A DNA stretch of 64,000 nucleotides from Pirellulales bacterium. Its GTDB lineage: Bacteria > Planctomycetota > Planctomycetia > Pirellulales > PALSA-1355. Below are positions 57,863 through 64,000 of this stretch, in pieces. Made by a program: the position numbers and the translations under genes. The stretch lies in the NCBI GenBank assembly GCA_963733035.1, contig CAVTBU010000008.1:256001-320000 (forward strand). Reading direction: 5' to 3'. Numbering within the stretch: the stretch's first letter is position 1; the number at the start of each line of letters is the position of its first letter. Under the pieces are notes generated by a model. That model saw only the letters and a list, made by a program, of their open reading frames with translations. It had not been told where the DNA came from and did no database searches.

Positions 57863-60800
57863 ATGAACCGAAAGACTCTGTTTGGTCGTGTTACTCGTTC
57901 GTTAACGGCGGAACGTCCCGAGTATGCTAGCGTGCGACTGGAGCCGCTCGAAGATCGCAAGATGCTGGTCGCGACGGTGTACGTGAATGACGACTGGACC
58001 GACATTGATAATCCGGGTGGACCGGTTCAAATCGGTGACTACGTCCAAAGCTCCATCGGCACCGATGGGGTCTCCGTCATCGCCGAGTACGGTTTCGACG
58101 CCTTCGGCACGGTCGAGGGGAGCACCCAACCAGGCGCTGCCACGATTTACGATGCCATTCAGGCCACGAGCACAGGCGGCACGCTGAATCTGTTGGGCGG
58201 CACCTACGCCGAGTCGGACATCGTCATCGATCGTCCCATGTCGTTCCTCGGCCAAGGCACCAGCGGCGCCACCGCCTCGGTGATCGTTCCGGAAGTGGTT
58301 TCGGCCGCTGTGCAAGAAAACTTCGGCGTCGGCACCCACTCGGGCATCATCATCTACTCGCCGACCGTCAACATTGCCAACGTCCGCGTCGACGGTGCCG
58401 GCAACGGTTCATTGGCCGGCAGCTACAACTTCCACCAGGGCATCACCACCCTCTACGACACGCAGAACGGTGGCGACTACAGTTCGCTGCATAACGGTCT
58501 ACTCCCCCTGATCCAACTGGGCCCGGCGGGGAGCGGCGAAGGTGGCGCACCGACCGCCTCGATTCCAGACATCTCGATCGACAGCGTCTCGGTCAACAAC
58601 GCCTACTGGCATGGTGTCACGATTTCGGCCCTGGCCGACTACGCGTTCAATCCGGGTGCTGATAACAACTACAACCTGCAGATCACGAATTCCGAAATCA
58701 ACGACATCGGTGACGTCAAAGACGTCAATCGCGTTGGCGTTCTACTGCAGAACTTGAACGACGCGTTAAACGGGTTTGCCAATGCCGCTTATGTCACGGC
58801 CACGAACACGGGCGTTGGTTTCCGGACTGCAGCCTATGGTTCAGCCCCGATTTTTGGACAAAACAATGTCGCCACCAACCAGTCGTACCTGCGGTTTGTG
58901 ACTGCCGTCGATCCGGTCGTCTATGGTATTGACGTCTCTTTTGAAAACCGCAGCGACGCCTACGGCTGGACCGTCACGCAAAGCGATCCCAACAACACTG
59001 CGGTCGGTGTTCACCTCAATTACTCCCGCTCACAACTGGTGGGTGCCGAGATTCATGGGACCAAGATTGGTGTCGAGGTCCAGAACGCCCCCGTGGCCCC
59101 GACCGGCACCGATGTGTTCTCTGGACTCGGTTGGGAAACGTCGATCACCGGTCCGGCCGGCGCCCCTGCCGGCTCGGTCGGCTGGCTCATCACCAGCGGC
59201 GCCGGCGATCAGTACGCCGTGGACACGACCATCAGCGCGGACGTCGCGATTTCTGGCTTCGATACCGGTGTCAAGATCGAGCAGCCCAACACGCCTGCCA
59301 GCGGCCGGCCGAACACGGTGATCTGGGGTAGCGGCGCTTACTCGAACGGGTCGGCCACGCCCCGGATATCCGGCAACAACACCGACATTGAGGTCGATAA
59401 CAATGGCATATTGAGTGGTGCCCCGAATGTCGCTGGCAACGTCGTGACTTCGGGCAATGGCACCATTGACCCGCGAATGTACAACTGGAAAACCCAAAAC
59501 CCCTACTTCTACGACGGCCCGGGCAACTCCGGGATTGGCAGTGCCGCCCCGGCAAATGCCGATGTGCAAAGCACCGGCAACGTCACCATGGGTAGCAGTT
59601 CGACTTTCTCGGCCCTGCTCACCAATAAGACGACCAGTGGGGACTTGTTCAACTTCAACAGTGCGGCAACCTACAACTTCAGCGCCCCGCCGGACAGTCC
59701 GGTCGATGGCGTGGTACCGCAGCCGTACGGGGCTCTGTTTGGCTGGTACCCACACATCACGCAGTCGGGCGACGGAGTGATGTCGGTCTCCAATGCCATC
59801 AACGGCTATGAGTACGAGTACATGTTCGGCACGAACAACACGCCAATCACCAGCGGTCCGAACGCCGGCAAGTACCAACTCGTCGGCACCGACATTTCCA
59901 ACATGTCGCACATCAACATGAAAGTCATGTTGCGGCCTGAAAATGTCAGCCACATGTTTGCCTTCGGTCTGATTGACTTCCGCGGCAACGCGAATGTCTG
60001 GACGGTCGACGCGACGCAGCTCAGCTCGACGACCTGGACGACGCTCACCTTTAACTTGTTGACGCCGACCATCGACCTGACCGGCCCCGATAGTCACCTC
60101 GACTTGACGAACGTCGCCGGCTGGCTGTTCGGTGGCGACCAGGGTCTGGCCAACGACATGCACACGGTGCCCGTTGGCTTCACCGTGGACGACATCAGCA
60201 CCTCGAGCGTGCCCAACAGCGAGCTCAACGTGACTGGTACCGTGACCTTGGGTGGAGCAGCGCTGAACGTCAATCCGCAGTTTTCGCCGACGGTGGGCCA
60301 GTCGTGGACCATCATCAACAACGATGGGGCCGATGCCGTCTCGGGTACGTTCTCCAGCGTTACGCCAGGCTACTCGGTGTCCTACACCGCGGGCGACGGG
60401 AACGACGTGGTGCTGACGTACACCGGCACTTCTGTGACACCCATGACTGTCGTGGGTCAGCAGATCTTCTACAACAACTCGAGCTACGACGCCAACACGC
60501 CCGCCATCAGCGCCTCGGACGACGCGGCGATCGCCACGGACAAGGCGGCCTTCAACGGCGTGGGAACCGCGCCAACCACGGCGTTTACCAGCTACAGCAA
60601 GGGTATCAATGGCATCATGATCGATGTCACCAATGAGCCCGGCAATTTGTCGCTGTCCGACTTCACCTTCAAGGTCGGCACCAACAACATGCCCAACCTC
60701 TGGGCGAACGCTCCGACTCCGACCGGTTTTTCGATCCGGCCGGGCGCGGGTGCCGGTGGTTCGGACCGGGTGGAAATCATCTGGGCCGATAGCGCCGTTG

Positions 60801-61417
60801 CCAACGAATGGCTGCAGGTGGTGGTCCGAGGAAACGACACGGTCGGTGGCAACTGGACCAATACGGGGTTGACCACCAGCGACGTGTTCTTCTACGGCAA
60901 CCGCATCGGCGACAACTTCACCGGCGAGCCGCCAACACTGGTCACCACCAACGCGGGCGACGAGATTTACGCTCGTAACAACACGGGCTTCTTATTGCCG
61001 GTCACCAACATCACGGACTTCAACAAGGACAAGTTCGTGAACGCGGCCGACCAGATTGTCGCCCGCAACAACGGCGGCTTTTTGACCCGCGTGATCAACT
61101 GGGTTCCACCGGCCGCTCCCGTAGCGTCGCCGTCGGTGGCCACCAGCAGCAGCGATGGGACTGGTTCGGCCGTGGCTTCGGCCCTGGCTATTCATGCCAC
61201 GCCCAGCCTGCCGAACGTACCGGGCTGGATCGCCTCGCGACTGGCCAGCGTGGACCTGAACAGCGGCCCGATCGCCACGGTGTTCACGCACCTGGCCGCG
61301 GCCGACACGCCTCGCACCCGGCAGCTTTTGCAGGCGGTCGATCAACTGGCCGATGATCTCGGTCTCGACGATTCCTTGCTGGATTCGCTGATCGGTGACG
61401 TCGACGAGACCGCCTGA
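57863..61417 (+). CDS. Large planctomycete secreted protein: beta-helix + CBM-like insert + shared C-terminal module
   Basis: LEPLEDRKML; TIYDAI...GGTY.E beta-helix start; GDGNDVVLT; DFNKDKFVNAAD; AGGAG RBS. Confidence 0.85.
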   Translation: MNRKTLFGRVTRSLTAERPEYASVRLEPLEDRKMLVATVYVNDDWTDIDNPGGPVQIGDYVQSSIGTDGVSVIAEYGFDAFGTVEGSTQPGAATIYDAIQATSTGGTLNLLGGTYAESDIVIDRPMSFLGQGTSGATASVIVPEVVSAAVQENFGVGTHSGIIIYSPTVNIANVRVDGAGNGSLAGSYNFHQGITTLYDTQNGGDYSSLHNGLLPLIQLGPAGSGEGGAPTASIPDISIDSVSVNNAYWHGVTISALADYAFNPGADNNYNLQITNSEINDIGDVKDVNRVGVLLQNLNDALNGFANAAYVTATNTGVGFRTAAYGSAPIFGQNNVATNQSYLRFVTAVDPVVYGIDVSFENRSDAYGWTVTQSDPNNTAVGVHLNYSRSQLVGAEIHGTKIGVEVQNAPVAPTGTDVFSGLGWETSITGPAGAPAGSVGWLITSGAGDQYAVDTTISADVAISGFDTGVKIEQPNTPASGRPNTVIWGSGAYSNGSATPRISGNNTDIEVDNNGILSGAPNVAGNVVTSGNGTIDPRMYNWKTQNPYFYDGPGNSGIGSAAPANADVQSTGNVTMGSSSTFSALLTNKTTSGDLFNFNSAATYNFSAPPDSPVDGVVPQPYGALFGWYPHITQSGDGVMSVSNAINGYEYEYMFGTNNTPITSGPNAGKYQLVGTDISNMSHINMKVMLRPENVSHMFAFGLIDFRGNANVWTVDATQLSSTTWTTLTFNLLTPTIDLTGPDSHLDLTNVAGWLFGGDQGLANDMHTVPVGFTVDDISTSSVPNSELNVTGTVTLGGAALNVNPQFSPTVGQSWTIINNDGADAVSGTFSSVTPGYSVSYTAGDGNDVVLTYTGTSVTPMTVVGQQIFYNNSSYDANTPAISASDDAAIATDKAAFNGVGTAPTTAFTSYSKGINGIMIDVTNEPGNLSLSDFTFKVGTNNMPNLWANAPTPTGFSIRPGAGAGGSDRVEIIWADSAVANEWLQVVVRGNDTVGGNWTNTGLTTSDVFFYGNRIGDNFTGEPPTLVTTNAGDEIYARNNTGFLLPVTNITDFNKDKFVNAADQIVARNNGGFLTRVINWVPPAAPVASPSVATSSSDGTGSAVASALAIHATPSLPNVPGWIASRLASVDLNSGPIATVFTHLAAADTPRTRQLLQAVDQLADDLGLDDSLLDSLIGDVDETA

Positions 61418-61432
61418 GGTTTGACAACGACC

Positions 61433-61466
61433 TGTTGGTCGCCCCCAATAACGGGGGCGACCAACA
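61433..61466. terminator. Strong hairpin, probable terminator
   Basis: TGTTGGTCGCCCCC-aataac-GGGGGCGACCAACA, 14 bp perfect stem 15 nt after the stop; U-tract weak. Confidence 0.7.
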
Positions 61467-61569
61467 ACAGTTTGAAAAATCTATCCCAGGCCGACGCTTG
61501 CGCATTGCAGAACGCATGAGGAGGCCCGCAACCGCCTGATTCTTCGACAGATGCGGGTGTTTCGATTAG

Positions 61570-61611
61570 TGGACAGGGGCGGGATCGAACCGCCGACACA
61601 CGGATTTTCAG
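61570..61611 (-). tRNA. 3' half of tRNA-Phe(GAA), truncated at the anticodon loop; attachment-site remnant
   Basis: Minus strand CTGAAAATCCGTGTGTCGGCGGTTCGATCCCGCCCCTGTCCA has anticodon loop, T-arm and acceptor 3' strand; no D-arm or 5' acceptor strand upstream. Confidence 0.85.
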
Positions 61612-61773
61612 GACATCCTAGACAGTTGGTATTTGTCGAAGAATCGCGTATTTCTCGGGAAATACCCAACACTCGAAGTCGGTCGAACCGGATCGAAACC
61701 GGCTGACGGGTTGTCAGGTTGTCAGCTTTTGGGACGGATTTCTAATCCGTGTCCCATCAAACGGGCATCACAA

Positions 61774-62196
61774 CTATTGAAGCGAACTAGCAGCGTCCGC
61801 CAAAAACTTTTTCAGGCGGGCTTCCGTCAATGCGTCTTCTCGTGGCTTATCCAGATTCGGCGGGTACATTTTGACGCTCTCAGACGGAAGTATCGGCTGC
61901 CCGATCAACTCGCCTGGCAAAGAGCGATGACCAGCCTCAGAATGAGCATCGAGCGCGAATCTAGTGACCTTAATGCCACTGTGTTCGACCAAGGCACGAA
62001 AGTATGCGAGCGCAGGAATTACGTGGTTGAACCAATCCTCAGAGGGATGATCGTCGGTGCCCAGAATCGGGTATCGCCAACATGAACCCCCGATATGCTC
62101 CCAGCCAAACCGAAGAAACGCAACTTGAATGCGCGTTCGGTCGTTTGGGTCCTTCACACTAGCCGTCTCTAAATCAAATGAAAACGTGATTGGCAT
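61774..62196 (-). CDS. Hypothetical protein, possible VapD/Cas2-like ferredoxin fold
   Basis: ITFSFDLE...RIQVAF..FGWEHIGGSCWRY resembles the VapD/Cas2 N-terminal pattern; function not established. Confidence 0.6.
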   Translation of the reverse strand: MPITFSFDLETASVKDPNDRTRIQVAFLRFGWEHIGGSCWRYPILGTDDHPSEDWFNHVIPALAYFRALVEHSGIKVTRFALDAHSEAGHRSLPGELIGQPILPSESVKMYPPNLDKPREDALTEARLKKFLADAASSLQ

Positions 62197-62259
62197 TTGT
62201 GCGACCTGAAGGGGTTTGTGGTTCATCAATCAGAATGTCAAGGGGATAGCGCTTCAGAA

Positions 62260-62682
62260 TCACTTCTCCGCGTCCATGTTGACGGCGGTGTAGAAACCCA
62301 TCGGCTCTCGTTCGGGCAATCGTTTGAGCGCAACACACGATAGGTTTATTTGGCTGATATGCTGAATCAACCGTCTCGGATTTCCGTCAACATCGAAGCC
62401 ATCGAAGATGATAAGCACCGGACTTCGGTAGCCGATGGTTTGGACGTACATATTTACGCCACTGCCAGACACGAAGGCGGCGATACCTACATCCTTGTCT
62501 GGTGGCAGACTCTTGTGAAACTCGTTGAAGGCAGCCGCAACTTCATCGCACACGCCAGCAGCGTCTAACTTGTACTTGGCTTCCGCGATTGCTGCATTGA
62601 CTTTGCCTTGAGCCAATAAACTGTTGTACGAGTCGCGGGCAATTGCATCGGTCATTGATTTGAGCCGGTCAAACGCACTCAT
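62260..62682 (-). CDS. DUF6173-like family protein
   Basis: IGYRSPVLIIFDG.D.DGNP..LIQHISQIN...MGF pattern; AAGGAA upstream. Confidence 0.7.
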   Translation of the reverse strand: MSAFDRLKSMTDAIARDSYNSLLAQGKVNAAIAEAKYKLDAAGVCDEVAAAFNEFHKSLPPDKDVGIAAFVSGSGVNMYVQTIGYRSPVLIIFDGFDVDGNPRRLIQHISQINLSCVALKRLPEREPMGFYTAVNMDAEK

Positions 62683-62911
62683 GTCCGATTCCTTCCCTTT
62701 CCTTAACCGCCAGACGGGCGTCCGGGCTGGGTCCGCAGTAGCCTTCCCTGGCAATCGTCCACACTGGGTTCACAAAGTCGCCTTCGCCATAGACGTGGAT
62801 GGCATCGACGTACTTCATGTTCTGCGCGAACAGTTGGGTAGCTTCCTGTTGGGCTTCCTCAAAAGTCGGCCACCAGCCGAGTTGGTTGTCGAACCAAATA
62901 GCGAACTTCAT
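62669..62911 (-). CDS. Hypothetical protein (80 aa)
   Basis: ATGA overlap with the upstream gene and overlap with the downstream gene. Confidence 0.6.
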   Translation of the reverse strand: MKFAIWFDNQLGWWPTFEEAQQEATQLFAQNMKYVDAIHVYGEGDFVNPVWTIAREGYCGPSPDARLAVKEREGIGHECV

Positions 62912-63126
62912 GGTTGTTGCCCTGCCCCGATGATGGTGGTCTTCACAAACTCGTGTTGGCAAGCAGGGTTGAGGCATTGGTGCCGGTAGGTCGTTGACGT
63001 GTGGACCTTCTCAGCCTCGTCTGCAAAGGCGGTTTCCATTCGGGTGATTTCCGACTGAGCCTTGCACTTGGGGCAGGGCACGTTGGTGATGTTCCCCGCC
63101 ACTGGATCGGTGATTCTGGTAGGCAT
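62908..63126 (-). CDS. Small zinc-ribbon protein
   Basis: CPKC...YRHQCLNPACQHEF, similar in pattern to Ogr/Delta-like zinc fingers. Confidence 0.65.
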   Translation of the reverse strand: MPTRITDPVAGNITNVPCPKCKAQSEITRMETAFADEAEKVHTSTTYRHQCLNPACQHEFVKTTIIGAGQQP

Positions 63127-63128
63127 TT

Positions 63129-63224
63129 TTATTTCTTTGGTGGGGCTTTCGGGGCGGGTGGCTTCTCTTGGGTCTTCGTAGGCTTCGGATTCGAGCCGCC
63201 TTTGACTTTCTTGGGATCGACCAC
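63129..63224 (-). CDS. Pro/Lys-rich micropeptide E: MVDPKKVKGGSNPKPTKTQEKPPAPKAPPKK
   Basis: AGGAGG RBS 8 nt before GTG; shared KPPAP motif. Confidence 0.7.
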   Translation of the reverse strand: MVDPKKVKGGSNPKPTKTQEKPPAPKAPPKK

Positions 63225-63236
63225 TAGGCGAACCTC

Positions 63237-63375
63237 CTATTTAGACTTCCGTGGTGGTGGTGCTGGCGGCGCTGGTGGGCGTGCTGGCGGTCGCGGTGGA
63301 GTGATTGGACGCTGTGAACTTCGGATAGGACAGCGGCCATTAAAAGCCGTTGTTGACAGGAATGTTGTCGGACAT
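63237..63375 (-). pseudogene. Pro-rich micropeptide D, interrupted by one extra T: MSDNIPVNNGF/NGRCPIRSSQRPITPPRPPARPPAPPAPPPRKSK
   Basis: GGAG RBS; length 139 nt = 3n+1; removing one T from TTTT restores the RPPAP tail. Confidence 0.55.
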
Positions 63376-63378
63376 AGT

Positions 63379-63579
63379 TCATTCTCCCGATTTCGGTGTG
63401 GCGGGCGGCTGTGCCGTGGTCGCGGTCTGAGCGACCGGAGCGGTGGCCGGGGCGGGTGGTTTAGCTAACGATACGGGCCTGCTTCCTGTCCGGCCAGCCT
63501 TTATCTGCACTTCACCGGGGGCAGGGCCGTTCAACCCTTCCATAATGTGTTCAACAGCGCGTAGTTCGTCGTCGGACAT
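63379..63579 (-). CDS. Pro-rich micropeptide C (66 aa), MSDDEL...EGLNG...AKPPAPATAP...PKSGE
   Basis: GGGAG RBS 6 nt before ATG; shared motifs. Confidence 0.7.
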   Translation of the reverse strand: MSDDELRAVEHIMEGLNGPAPGEVQIKAGRTGSRPVSLAKPPAPATAPVAQTATTAQPPATPKSGE

Positions 63580-63589
63580 TCGAGTCTCC

Positions 63590-63721
63590 CTACTTCGATT
63601 TTTTAGGTGGGGCCGCTGGCGCGGGCGGCTTGGCGGTCTTGGGTGACTTGGCTTGTACACCCTCTTGAAGTATGCGCCGTGTCTTCTGTCCTGTACGTGA
63701 GTAACGGTCTTTGTTTGGCAT
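63590..63721 (-). CDS. Pro/Lys-rich micropeptide B: MPNKDRYSRTGQKTRRILQEGVQAKSPKTAKPPAPAAPPKKSK
   Basis: GGAG RBS 6 nt before ATG; shared motifs. Confidence 0.7.
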   Translation of the reverse strand: MPNKDRYSRTGQKTRRILQEGVQAKSPKTAKPPAPAAPPKKSK

Positions 63722-63732
63722 TATCAACTCCG

Positions 63733-63882
63733 TTAGCTCGGATTCTTCGGCGGCTTGGGCGGGGCTGGCGGCGCTGGCGGCTTCGCTGCCTGCGGTCTGC
63801 CCTGCGCTCCACGCTGACCATCAGTTGCACAAGCGTCTCGCTGCCTGCGGTTTGGTGAAGGGGTTGGAACTTTGCTTCCCAT
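63733..63882 (-). CDS. Pro/Lys-rich micropeptide A: MGSKVPTPSPNRRQRDACATDGQRGAQGRPQAAKPPAPPAPPKPPKNPS
   Basis: GAAAGG upstream; shared motifs. Confidence 0.7.
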   Translation of the reverse strand: MGSKVPTPSPNRRQRDACATDGQRGAQGRPQAAKPPAPPAPPKPPKNPS

Positions 63883-63930
63883 GTTGGTTTGACCTTTCGG
63901 ACTAACTGGCGATTGCGTCTTGCCCAACCA

Positions 63931-64000
63931 TTATACCGGATTCCCGTTCGTGGCCTCGCGCTCGTACACGTATTTTGCAAACTCCACTCGCTCAACATCC
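63931..64000 (-). CDS. 3' end of a gene entering from outside the window (...DVERVEFAKYVYEREATNGNPV*)
   Basis: Open frame to the window edge, co-oriented with the peptide array. Confidence 0.45.
   Translation of the reverse strand, partial: DVERVEFAKYVYEREATNGNPV

Larger units (their letters stand above)
61570..64000. mobile_element. End of an integrative element/prophage inserted at tRNA-Phe (extends beyond the window)
   Basis: Displaced tRNA 3' fragment at the border; visibly more A/T-rich DNA with short co-oriented ORFs; no integrase in the window. Confidence 0.75.

Noticed and set aside
61570..61611. Functional tRNA-Phe gene
   Set aside because: The 5' half (acceptor 5' strand, D-arm, 5' anticodon stem) is missing.
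63001..63998. Track ORFs 63001-63468(+), 63603-63998(-), 63607-63858(+) and the extended starts at 63660 and 63927
   Set aside because: They are better explained as antisense or off-frame shadows of the RBS-supported micropeptides.

Overview
GC-rich bacterial chromosomal DNA, almost certainly from a planctomycete (Pirellulales-like): four secreted proteins carry the planctomycete LExRxLL N-terminal motif. From left to right the window holds: (1) a small metabolic/transport block (2-hydroxyacid dehydrogenase, DoxX plus Tat oxidoreductase, TIM-barrel isomerase, GNAT, TetA-like MFS); (2) a ~24 kb minus-strand operon of a PQQ-propeller/TPR protein, prenyltransferase-fold protein, MoxR, DUF58, two VWA proteins, coiled-coil proteins, an NPCBM protein and three HtrA paralogues, two of which have lost the catalytic triad; (3) HU, Rrf2, a MacAB-like pair, STAS and a sulfotransferase-like gene; (4) two ELWxxDGT-repeat surface proteins, a beta-barrel, a YtrA-type GntR/ABC operon with its operator, a putative metal-handling trio and two more surface proteins that share a ~200 aa C-terminal module; (5) from 61570, the end of an integrative element bounded by a displaced 3' half of tRNA-Phe. 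The most unusual signal lies in that element: five tandem, RBS-equipped micro-ORFs (31-66 aa) that the ORF track misses or mis-starts, all sharing a G-x-[NQ] motif and a [KR]PPAP proline/lysine-rich tail. Twelve apparent frameshifts in host genes all lie next to GCGC, which suggests methylation-linked sequencing errors rather than real pseudogenes. All family assignments come from motif recognition by eye; no searches were run.
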